Below the pieces are notes generated by a model, which saw nothing but the letters and a program-made list of their open reading frames with translations, made no database searches and was not told the DNA's origin. Of a stretch of 32,000 nucleotides of DNA, positions 9,318 through 18,544 are shown piece by piece. The stretch's first letter is position 1. Each line of letters opens with the position of its first letter. Position numbers and translations under genes: made by a program. The stretch covers positions 17,533 through 49,532 of the forward strand of contig CAZPUN010000056.1 of assembly GCA_964589775.1 (NCBI GenBank), in the 5' to 3' direction. This DNA comes from an uncultured archaeon. Lineage in GTDB: Archaea; Asgardarchaeota; Thorarchaeia; Thorarchaeales; CAZPUN01.

Positions 9318-11225
9318 TTGAAAATAAAAGAAGAGGATGTTGAAAAGGTAATAAAACCGATTCCGCCTTCATTATTGCCCGGACCTATTGCGAAATTCAC
9401 TGTTTATGCAATTATTATTGATGGCAACCATGTCTATACCGGGTCATCTGCAGGCTCAATTAAAGTTTGGGAAAAGAATAGCTGGAGGCTAATTCGATCA
9501 ATATATGCCCATGAATCTGAAATTATTATTACACTCGCTTTAGACGATAAATATCTGTACTCTGCCGCTCTGGACGGCACTGTTAAGGTGTGGGATAAAA
9601 AAACACTCCAATTAATCTCAACGCTGAAACATTCTACAAGTGTATGGGCTGTGGCGGTGGATGATGAAAGTGTTTACGTTGGCACAGATGAAAATACTGT
9701 AACAGTCTGGAAAAAAGAAAGATGGATACATGCTACGAGCCTCTACGGTCTTCGCTTGGGAGCAAATTCAATTGCTCTTGATGATGACCACATTTACGCT
9801 GGATCCAACGATGGAAGCGTATTTGTGTGGGATAAAAAAGATGGAGAGATCGTTAAAATCTTAAAACATACAGATATTGTCAAGAAAGTCGTCGTAGACG
9901 AAAAATATGTTTATGCTTCTGCTATGAATGGTACCGTAATAATCTGGAAAAAAGATAAGTGGAAGAAGAAAGCTGTACTAGAAGCTCATAAGGGGTCTGT
10001 GGAAGCACTCGGAATTGATGAGAACTATATCTATACCGCGGGTAGTGATACTCAAGTAAAAGTCTGGAAAAAAGACAAATGGAAGGAAGTAGTAGCTCTA
10101 TCAGGACATACTGAACCAATCTATTCAATTGCAGTGGACGATAATTTTGTGTATTCAGGCTCGAGCGATAATTCTATTCGCATTTGGGAGAAAAACACAT
10201 GGAAGGAACTTGTCAGCGTAGAGGGGCATTCCCAACCAATTTACGATATCGCACTAGATGAATCATTCATTTATACGGGATCTTCGGACAAAACAATTAG
10301 AATTTGGGATAAATCCCATTTCAATCAACAAGCTATCCTGCAAGATGTAAATTGCATTTGTGCAATCGCAGTTGATTCTGATACGATTTATACTGGCTCA
10401 GAACATGGAAATATACGAATATGGAACAAAAAGGCACTAAGAAGCAAAGAGAACATCCAAGGACATATGGACGAAGTGATGGATGTCACAGTTGATGAGA
10501 AGTATATCTATTCGGCTTCCAAGGATACAACTATCAAAATTTGGGATAAAAGAACATTATCTGAAATTAAAATGATCAATGCCCACAAATATACCGTGAG
10601 AAAACTTGCTCTAGATGAGCATTACGTGTATTCCTGCTCTGATGATGGATTCGTTAAGGTATGGGAAAAAGAAACGTGGAACCAGATTTACGTAATGGAA
10701 CATAAAGATAAAGTAATCGACATTACAGAAGATGATGAATACATATATGTAGCATCAGAAGATAACATCTATGTATGGGAAAAAGGTTCATGGAAAATGA
10801 TCCATACCATAAAATGTTCAGGAAACGTCCGGGCTGTGCATATAGATGGTAAATTTCTTATTGCTATTGTTGATAACTACATCACTGCATGGAACAAAAA
10901 ATCAGGCGAGAACGTAATAAAAATTCCGTGTAAGTTTGGTTATCCATTAAATATCATAAGCGATGAGAAATACCTTTATGCAACAACTACACTAGGCAAC
11001 ATTAAAGCTATTCCGAAATGGATTCTTACGGGAAATCAATATGAACTTCAAGAGTTTCTAAAAGAACAAGCAGATATTTACAAGAATCTAAAATGTCGAA
11101 ACTATATTGATTCCTATTGGTACAAGTGGTATAGAACATTATGCGAATTCTTAAGAAAGGAGATTAAATGTGAAGAAATACAAAATTTGCTGCAGGAATG
11201 CCTTGAAAAAAGAATGTACGGATAA
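9318..11225 (+). CDS. WD40 repeat protein (~14 repeats, probable double beta-propeller) with short C-terminal helical domain
   Basis: Regular ~40-aa repeats of the form (G/A)H...V..h.hDD.YhYSGS.D..hKhW(D/E/K)K. TTG start preceded by GAGGT. Confidence 0.95.
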   Translation: MKIKEEDVEKVIKPIPPSLLPGPIAKFTVYAIIIDGNHVYTGSSAGSIKVWEKNSWRLIRSIYAHESEIIITLALDDKYLYSAALDGTVKVWDKKTLQLISTLKHSTSVWAVAVDDESVYVGTDENTVTVWKKERWIHATSLYGLRLGANSIALDDDHIYAGSNDGSVFVWDKKDGEIVKILKHTDIVKKVVVDEKYVYASAMNGTVIIWKKDKWKKKAVLEAHKGSVEALGIDENYIYTAGSDTQVKVWKKDKWKEVVALSGHTEPIYSIAVDDNFVYSGSSDNSIRIWEKNTWKELVSVEGHSQPIYDIALDESFIYTGSSDKTIRIWDKSHFNQQAILQDVNCICAIAVDSDTIYTGSEHGNIRIWNKKALRSKENIQGHMDEVMDVTVDEKYIYSASKDTTIKIWDKRTLSEIKMINAHKYTVRKLALDEHYVYSCSDDGFVKVWEKETWNQIYVMEHKDKVIDITEDDEYIYVASEDNIYVWEKGSWKMIHTIKCSGNVRAVHIDGKFLIAIVDNYITAWNKKSGENVIKIPCKFGYPLNIISDEKYLYATTTLGNIKAIPKWILTGNQYELQEFLKEQADIYKNLKCRNYIDSYWYKWYRTLCEFLRKEIKCEEIQNLLQECLEKRMYG

Positions 11226-11960
11226 TTAATTCATAGTTTTAGCATAATTTCTTAAGAATTCTTCAAATTCCTTAATAGGTCTGACTCTGGAAACGAATTG
11301 GTGAAAATCATCTTTAGTTCCATAATTTTTTATATACGATTTTACAAGATCACGATATTTTTTAGGGTCTGTGACAAAAGTGATATCAATAACGTGATGC
11401 AATATGTATCTATTTTTATCGCTTTTTAATTCACTATCTTTATCAGTAGTTATAAATATCACTATGAATTTTTGATTTTTTTTCGTTTTTTCTAATTCTC
11501 GTTTCCAAAATGCAGTTTCTGTTAATCTTTCGCGTAAGCTAGTTTTACAGGAAATAATTGCGTTTATGATTTGAGTCTTTTTATCAATAAGAAGTATATC
11601 TACATCTGGATAAATAATGTCCCAATTTTCAATAGCAATTTGATTTTTATATTTATTTAGATCAATATTAATTAATACATCAATTTTATTTTGTAATTGG
11701 TTTTTTATTATTATTTGCATAATATATTTAAACACTGCATATTCATACAAAGCCCCTTTGCAGGATTTCCACGCCTGATCTCTACTTCTTTCTTTGTCAT
11801 AATAGTTATTGAGCAGGGCTCTTAATTTATCTTCAGAAATAATATTAAAAGTCTCAATTGCCTTTAAGTAATCTCCATTATGTTCGCTTTCAACTATTTT
11901 ATCATAATGATTTTTCAGGAGCTCATAAATTATTCTTTTACATTTATGTCCTTGGGACAT
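11226..11960 (-). CDS. Type II restriction endonuclease, BsaWI-like (CCGG family, PD-(D/E)XK)
   Basis: PDVD...ISCKTSLRER signature of the CCGG-family enzymes, plus N-terminal QAWKSCKGALYE. Lies directly downstream of a DNA methyltransferase. Confidence 0.85.
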   Translation of the reverse strand: MSQGHKCKRIIYELLKNHYDKIVESEHNGDYLKAIETFNIISEDKLRALLNNYYDKERSRDQAWKSCKGALYEYAVFKYIMQIIIKNQLQNKIDVLINIDLNKYKNQIAIENWDIIYPDVDILLIDKKTQIINAIISCKTSLRERLTETAFWKRELEKTKKNQKFIVIFITTDKDSELKSDKNRYILHHVIDITFVTDPKKYRDLVKSYIKNYGTKDDFHQFVSRVRPIKEFEEFLRNYAKTMN

Positions 11961-11966
11961 TTTATA

Positions 11967-12794
11967 TCACTCATTCAATAGTTTTAATTGATAGATATTT
12001 CCTTCATTTATGATCCGATTCTTAGCAATTTCACAATATTTTTTATCGATTTCAACACCGATTCCTTTTCTATTTAACATAGCACATGCTACAAGCGTTG
12101 TACAGCTTCCAGCAAATGGATCAAGAATTGTATCACCGACAAAACTAAATAATTTAATACATCTTTTTGGAAGTTCTACGGGAAATGGTGCGGGATGCCC
12201 TACTCTTTTTTTGCTTTCACCAGAGAATGTCCAAACACCACGAGTCCATTCCATGAATTCATCTCGCGTGATATCTGAAACGCCATTATTTAATTTCTTC
12301 CATACTTCTTTGTAAAAAACGACAATAACTTCTACTGGTGCAATTACATACGGAGCTTTTGCACTGAGCCACGAACCCCACGCAGTTCTTCTTGAGATAT
12401 TACCTTCATTCCAAATAATTGTCGAGAAGTATTTCCAACCAACTTCCTTTGCAATTCTTACAACATCAGCGTAAACACTCTGAAATCCAGCTCCTTTTCG
12501 CCCTTTACTTTTGTCTAACGGTATATTTAAACAGAAGCGACCGTCCGGTTTCGCTAGCTCTAATGCTTTTGATAGCCATTTCTCAGTAAACTCGAGATAT
12601 TTTTCATATGGCAGGTCATCTTTAAACGAATTGTAATGTATATCTACATTATATGGTGGCGAGGTGATTATTAAATCTATAGAGTTTTTAGGTATCAAGT
12701 TCGTTGTTAGAAAATCATCATTTATGATAATGAGATTATCTTTCCAATTAAAATAAATACCATTATTTACTTCATTCATTTTAAGATCATCCAT
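11967..12794 (-). CDS. Beta-class N4-cytosine (N4/N6) DNA methyltransferase, cognate to the adjacent REase
   Basis: Motif IV TSPPY precedes motif I DPFAGSCTT, with HPAPFP between them. The IIWNEGNISRRTAWGSWLSAKAPY block recalls CCGG-type m4C MTases such as H. pylori HP0263 (recognised from memory). Confidence 0.93.
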   Translation of the reverse strand: MDDLKMNEVNNGIYFNWKDNLIIINDDFLTTNLIPKNSIDLIITSPPYNVDIHYNSFKDDLPYEKYLEFTEKWLSKALELAKPDGRFCLNIPLDKSKGRKGAGFQSVYADVVRIAKEVGWKYFSTIIWNEGNISRRTAWGSWLSAKAPYVIAPVEVIVVFYKEVWKKLNNGVSDITRDEFMEWTRGVWTFSGESKKRVGHPAPFPVELPKRCIKLFSFVGDTILDPFAGSCTTLVACAMLNRKGIGVEIDKKYCEIAKNRIINEGNIYQLKLLNE

Positions 12795-13044
12795 TCAATT
12801 CTTAATTAATTTAATTTAATAAATTTGCTGTGAAGATTCTTTGTATCGTAATCATATATTTTTGAGAATTCCTTCGTATAATATGCACATCTTATTCAAA
12901 AATAATTCACAACAGAAATTAACAAATAAATTTCTATAACCAATTCATATAGTTTCTATAATTTCAAAAAGATTCGAAAAACTCTTTAGTTCTTGCTATT
13001 TAATAACAATTATAATAATTTTAGTTTATGAGGGATAACATACA

Positions 13045-15207
13045 ATGCTCGCGTTCAGGCGTTCTATTAAGCCAATATTAATCATGTTGATTCTTCTACA
13101 GCCTGCTTCTCTTATTTCGCTCCATATAAATTCAAATAATTTGAAAGATACGCATTTCACAAATGTGAATGAAAAGGTCTTCGCTATTTCAATACATAAA
13201 GATTTGGCAGGAATAGATGAAAGATGGCCAATCGGGGCTCGAATTGTCGGAATGCCTTTTGAAGAACAGACTGAAGAATCTATCAATAGAACACTAGATA
13301 CTTTAAAATCCCAATATGTAAATACAATAGATTATGATATAGATTTGGGAAATAATTATGATACATTTATTGATCCATCGCTTGCAGTTCAGTTAACAGA
13401 ACGAGTGGTCCGATTAGCGCATGCACGAGGAATCAAAGTTTTCGAATATGTGCCGGGTTTTGAGATGATTACACATAATGCAAGTTCAACGAATCATACA
13501 GTATTCAAGGAGCATCCAGATTGGGTACAGCGAGATATTAACGGACGCCCAGCGATATTTAATTCATCATATGCATTCTGGATTGTTGAGGACGATGAAG
13601 ACACATGGGTGACACCACTTGCCCCGGAATGGCGAGCGATGTATATGAATTATGTAAGGAACATAACTTCAGCAGGTGTAGATGCGATTTATATTGATAT
13701 TCCGTACTGGATGACGCACTTTGAAGGATGGGAGGATTCATGGGCATCCTTTGATAATTATACAGTTGCAGAATTTACACGTCGGACGGGATTACAGCCG
13801 CCGGAGAATTTCTCTATGGACAATGAGGCATTCCTGCAATGGATACGATTTAGAAAGGACGTAATTACTGAATTCATTCGAGACGTAAAATCGAATATAA
13901 CTGCAATAAATCCAGATGTGAAGCTGATAATTGAGAATTATCCATCGTTTAGGGATTGTTCGCGAATGGGAGCGGATCCTTATGAGATATTGAAATATGC
14001 AGATGGCATTGCTCATGAATACGCACTGTACGAAAAGTATCAGACCTCAAACTATACAAAATTTGACTGGCTGAATTTCATAGCAGGTCTTAAAATTATT
14101 CAGGCAATAGATGGAGACAAAAACGGTTGGATTCTTTCGTATCCTGATACGCCTAAAGATTCTGTAATATTAGCAGCTTCAGATGTGTTTATGGGCAGGT
14201 CCTTCTGGGAACTTAAAGAACCGTACATGTCCGGAACTGTCGGATTGGATTACCGAACTGCAGTATTCAAGTGGATATCACAATATTCGGATATCTTATA
14301 TGGAAAGTGGCATGTCATAGATCCAGTCTATGTATACTTTTCTCCAAATTCTCGGGATATGCTTGCACCATTTGAAGATCATTATTCTGTTAATCAAGGC
14401 GATAGCGACCATTTACTCGAAACACTTGGAATCATAATCATGCTCCTGCAGAACCATATCCCATTTGAAGTAGTAACTCCGCGAGACTTTACAAAACTCA
14501 CACAAGGAATCTTGATTCTTCCCAATGTGGAAGCTATGAGTAATACCGAAATTCAGAACATTAAGACATTCGCAAGTAATGGTAAAGTCATAGCGATCGC
14601 AAACACATCTTTGTACGATGAATTTGGACATGAACTCCCTGATTTTGCATTAGCCGAACAATTCGGTACTTCCTATGCAGATACCGTTAAGGAAGTTGTA
14701 AATGGAAACTGGATTTATCATCGGGATTTCATAGGCATTCCATATATGGAGTATATTGATAACGGATCTGATTCATATATTACTCACAAAGAGGATATTC
14801 TGAAATTACTACAACTTGCGAACTATACGCCAATCGTTAATACAAACGCTTCGGATTTTACAGTCATAACACCATACACAAATGGAACGCATACACTTAT
14901 CAATGCAATAAATTACAATGGTCAATTTTATGAAAATATCCAAATAGTCAGACAGAACGTATTTTATGAACTGGAAAACAAAACTTTCGAATTTGAGATA
15001 GATCTTGCGAAGTTATTAGTTTCATATAATGATGAAATCCATGAAATTCCATTTATTGGATATGATTGGGCGGATATTATCATACCAACCTCAGGAACGC
15101 ATCCGGGAACTAATGAAGAGTCAAAATGGTGGGATATTGTAATAATAGCATCTGGAGCTATCATAGGAGTTATAGTCATAGTAATCATAAAGAAAAAATA
15201 TAAATGA
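13045..15207 (+). CDS. Surface-anchored glycoside hydrolase-like protein (TIM barrel, GHL6/GHL10/GH42-like, with a GATase-like trimerisation domain)
   Basis: Signal peptide. AHARGIKV, HPDWVQRDING, GVDAIYID and FLQWIRFRKDVITEF in the barrel region; IPFEVV and ILILPNVEAMS in the GATase-like domain. C-terminal TM helix and KKKYK tail. Many N-x-S/T sequons. Confidence 0.75.
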   Translation: MLAFRRSIKPILIMLILLQPASLISLHINSNNLKDTHFTNVNEKVFAISIHKDLAGIDERWPIGARIVGMPFEEQTEESINRTLDTLKSQYVNTIDYDIDLGNNYDTFIDPSLAVQLTERVVRLAHARGIKVFEYVPGFEMITHNASSTNHTVFKEHPDWVQRDINGRPAIFNSSYAFWIVEDDEDTWVTPLAPEWRAMYMNYVRNITSAGVDAIYIDIPYWMTHFEGWEDSWASFDNYTVAEFTRRTGLQPPENFSMDNEAFLQWIRFRKDVITEFIRDVKSNITAINPDVKLIIENYPSFRDCSRMGADPYEILKYADGIAHEYALYEKYQTSNYTKFDWLNFIAGLKIIQAIDGDKNGWILSYPDTPKDSVILAASDVFMGRSFWELKEPYMSGTVGLDYRTAVFKWISQYSDILYGKWHVIDPVYVYFSPNSRDMLAPFEDHYSVNQGDSDHLLETLGIIIMLLQNHIPFEVVTPRDFTKLTQGILILPNVEAMSNTEIQNIKTFASNGKVIAIANTSLYDEFGHELPDFALAEQFGTSYADTVKEVVNGNWIYHRDFIGIPYMEYIDNGSDSYITHKEDILKLLQLANYTPIVNTNASDFTVITPYTNGTHTLINAINYNGQFYENIQIVRQNVFYELENKTFEFEIDLAKLLVSYNDEIHEIPFIGYDWADIIIPTSGTHPGTNEESKWWDIVIIASGAIIGVIVIVIIKKKYK

Positions 15208-15217
15208 CCTCTTGCGT

Positions 15218-15230
15218 CTTTTTCTTTTTT
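15218..15230 (+). terminator. Oligo-T archaeal intrinsic terminator candidate
   Basis: tttttctttttt run about 10 nt after the GH-like stop codon. Confidence 0.4.
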
Positions 15231-15312
15231 ATTATACAGTTTGCTTCTGTTTATTGATTATTTGTTTAGTACATGCGATATTATTTGTATTTTACACATT
15301 TAAAAAGAAAAA

Positions 15313-18300
15313 TCATGAAGATACGAATGCTGCAACCTCAGGATCAATCTCATGAATTTTTGATATTAGAATCGCAGTTTCCTTACTTTTTGGATTCTCT
15401 AAAATTTTTTGCCGCAGAATTTCCTTTATTTTTCGATTATTTATGAGTTTTCGAGTTAGATATGGATTATAAAATCTTGCAAATTCGTAAAGATAGATAA
15501 TTTCCGAGATATTCGAGTTCTTCAGAATAATAGAGAATTGGTTTAGCTTGTACTTTATGAATCGCGTATTGAAAACATAATTCAATCGAAAACCAATGAA
15601 TAATTCAATCAATGTATCAAGGGGCGTATTCCCATCGATCATCTTCAATATGAATTTAATTGTTTGACGATTAACGGCTATGAAATTTTTGGGAGCAGAT
15701 ATACTCGCAATATAAATAAAGTAAGATAATGCCGTAATTATATTCTTATTCGGATATTTATATCTAATAAATTTCAAAAAAAAGATATATGACCTAACAG
15801 CATTTAAGAAATATCTACTACGAAAATCAGTATTTGCCAAATGGACAAGATATTCATAGGATTTTGCAGGCTCGTTTATGATTTTTTCATAAATGAAATA
15901 ACAATAGTTAAATGAAAGTCTATCAATAATTTTCTTCAGCTTTTCTATATTCGGAATATCAAAATAGTTCAAACTATGAAGGTATGTCTCTGCAAGTTTG
16001 GATTCTTGTATTGTGAGATACTTCAAACCATTGCCTTTATCAATTAAGTGCAATTCATTCAATTTTACCAATTGCAATATGATGTTAGTAGCACTCTCAA
16101 ATCCGTTTGTTTCCAAGACATATTCCACATAGTCCCAAAGCACTGGAGTTTTACGTTTAGCAAATTCAGCAACTATGGCAAGCACAACAATTATTTCATT
16201 TACACTTTTAATATTTCCAGCATTCATAACTAGTTTTAAATGCTCATAGACAATTTTATGGGGCTCAAATTTGAATACCTCAGTATTTTGATTTTGCAAA
16301 TAATGTTCCAAGTAAATTTTTGCGAGACTGAGATTATTTGAAATTGATTTTGTAAATGAATCAATATACGCATCAGGAATTTCTAAATGTTCAATTAGAT
16401 GCTCTGCAATTTTATCTATACAAACTTCTTGCGATATTTCCACAATCTTACCAAGATCAATCGGATAGGATTCCCATGCTAGTTTCAATAACTTGAACGT
16501 TATAAAATATCGCTTTTGATTTTTAATCACGTACTTATACACATCCTGAAGAGCTTTCCAAGCCTTTTTTGTCATAGTTAGAATCGCATAATGATTTCCC
16601 TGTTTTATTGCCATAATGAGTCTAAACAGATCCATTGTAGGGATTAGATGAATATCGTCTACAAACAGAGATACACGTATCGATAACCAATTTGATAATT
16701 GCAAAAGCTCTACAATTTCTTTGACTTCTTCATGTTTATCTGATGGCTGATATATGAATGTAAAATTTCCTTGTGCCCATTTTTCAAGTATGAGCCTTGC
16801 TGCAAGTGTAGTTTTACCCGTTCCGGAATCACCTACTATGAACAATAAGTTATTTTGCTCAAATTCTCGCTGAAATTGAATATAGTCGTCGGTTTCAAAA
16901 ATTCTACCTTTTGCATAATCAATCGGAGTGGGAAACACTCTCAGGTATTCGGGTTCTGATTCGCTGAGCCATGTTTCATTGTTCGATTGAAAATTATCAA
17001 TTGATATTTTATTAATTATGGCTTTAACATTAGAGTGTTCAAACATGGTGCCAATAAATGGATTAGAACTCTTGAGAAACTTTCCATAGGCACTTAATAT
17101 AGAGAGTTCTTTGGATTTGAGATCATTTTGGATTATCGCTCGTACGCGATTTAAGTAATACTTTGTGAAAAAGCCATTTTTAAGAAGCCCGAAGAATTTC
17201 GCTAGTTCATATTGCTCCGAGAGCTTTTGCTTTTTGTATTCATCCTTAACCTTCTTAAGAAAGGTCTGAAACATAATCGAGCTGTATTCAATGTAATTGT
17301 TGTCCAAAAAGTATGTAATTGGGTATTCATGGTGCGCATCTGGATATTGTTGTGATAGAATAATTAGACGAATCTTTCCATCGTTCGCAAGCATTACCAA
17401 ATCTGCTAATTCACTATTTAAAATATCTTTTAATGTTAAATTCTTACCATCTATAAAAACAATCGCATTTTCTATTTCATTAATTTGTTCTATTTTATTG
17501 CTATTTAAGGAATTGTAGGTTATGATAAAATCATTTAATGGGTCCCATATTTTTGATGACGTATTTGGCTCCAAAAAGTAATAAACGTAGTTTTCAAAAG
17601 ATAGATAACCAGTCTTACGCATCATGTAAAATAATTGGACGCCTGTAAAAGTTTTACCGCAAAGAGGAGTACCATAGATCCAAACGAAATTTTGCTTTTC
17701 AACAAGATACATAATCTTACTAATATTATGAATTAAATTGGGACCCTTAATAGTATCATTTTCGATAATGAGATCTTCAGAGTCTGGAATACGCAGATGA
17801 GCAGACATATATTCATTGTTCTTAAGATATTCTTGAATCTTAGAATACTCGTACGTTTCCTTTAACACATTATGAATTTCGCATACATTCTTTTTTACAC
17901 GATTTATTGTCTTTATGACTTCTTTGATGGAACTATCCATTATTGATTCAAGATCATTTGATGTCAGTTTGCGATTTTCAAATATGTTTATCAAAATTTT
18001 CTTGATTTCGAACAAATCGCTATCAACAAGATTAGATATGTAGTCCATAGTGTTTATGGTAAGGTCTAATAGAATTATTTCAGTCCTGACATTACAACAC
18101 TGATTTTCTTCAATGGGGTCATCGCATTTACAATCTGAAAGAGCAGCAAGTGCAAATTCAAATTTGGAGGTAATAACGGATTCATGAACATCATTCAAAA
18201 ACAAGATTCCAAGACAAAGTGAGATTTTCGAGAAGTATTCAATTCTTTCATTTATAAACTCGAAATCAAAATTATTTAGCCATTCATTCACAAGGTTCCT

Positions 18301-18336
18301 AAAAGTACCGAGAGACACGGGGTCCTGCAAATTCAT
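15313..18336 (-). CDS. Large tandem double P-loop (STAND-like) NTPase, paralog B
   Basis: First domain: Walker A GTPLCGKT (~17650-17673), Walker B AIVFIDGK. Second domain: RVFPTPIDY leader, Walker A GDSGTGKTT (~16807-16833), Walker B LFVDDIH. Colinear with 4512..7958. GAGGT RBS upstream. Confidence 0.85.
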   Translation of the reverse strand: MNLQDPVSLGTFRNLVNEWLNNFDFEFINERIEYFSKISLCLGILFLNDVHESVITSKFEFALAALSDCKCDDPIEENQCCNVRTEIILLDLTINTMDYISNLVDSDLFEIKKILINIFENRKLTSNDLESIMDSSIKEVIKTINRVKKNVCEIHNVLKETYEYSKIQEYLKNNEYMSAHLRIPDSEDLIIENDTIKGPNLIHNISKIMYLVEKQNFVWIYGTPLCGKTFTGVQLFYMMRKTGYLSFENYVYYFLEPNTSSKIWDPLNDFIITYNSLNSNKIEQINEIENAIVFIDGKNLTLKDILNSELADLVMLANDGKIRLIILSQQYPDAHHEYPITYFLDNNYIEYSSIMFQTFLKKVKDEYKKQKLSEQYELAKFFGLLKNGFFTKYYLNRVRAIIQNDLKSKELSILSAYGKFLKSSNPFIGTMFEHSNVKAIINKISIDNFQSNNETWLSESEPEYLRVFPTPIDYAKGRIFETDDYIQFQREFEQNNLLFIVGDSGTGKTTLAARLILEKWAQGNFTFIYQPSDKHEEVKEIVELLQLSNWLSIRVSLFVDDIHLIPTMDLFRLIMAIKQGNHYAILTMTKKAWKALQDVYKYVIKNQKRYFITFKLLKLAWESYPIDLGKIVEISQEVCIDKIAEHLIEHLEIPDAYIDSFTKSISNNLSLAKIYLEHYLQNQNTEVFKFEPHKIVYEHLKLVMNAGNIKSVNEIIVVLAIVAEFAKRKTPVLWDYVEYVLETNGFESATNIILQLVKLNELHLIDKGNGLKYLTIQESKLAETYLHSLNYFDIPNIEKLKKIIDRLSFNYCYFIYEKIINEPAKSYEYLVHLANTDFRSRYFLNAVRSYIFFLKFIRYKYPNKNIITALSYFIYIASISAPKNFIAVNRQTIKFILKMIDGNTPLDTLIELFIGFRLNYVFNTRFIKYKLNQFSIILKNSNISEIIYLYEFARFYNPYLTRKLINNRKIKEILRQKILENPKSKETAILISKIHEIDPEVAAFVSS

Positions 18337-18544
18337 TGGAAGACCTCATAAATAGAAGTTTTGCCAAATCTAATTAGATTGTTTTTTAAGTTTTGTGCAT
18401 TTTGATTTAGTTTGATCGCATAATAATGAAAACAACACAATAATTCTTCAGAATTTTGATAATTTAGACTTTTGACATAAGTTTCGCCTGAACATGTATT
18501 AAATATGAAAAAATACATTAATCCGTTTGACAATTTTAATCAAT

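Noticed and set aside
18333-18533. 66-aa ORF overlapping the start of paralog B
   Set aside because: It spans an AT-rich divergent promoter region and has no motif. A small partner gene cannot be fully excluded, but it is unsupported.
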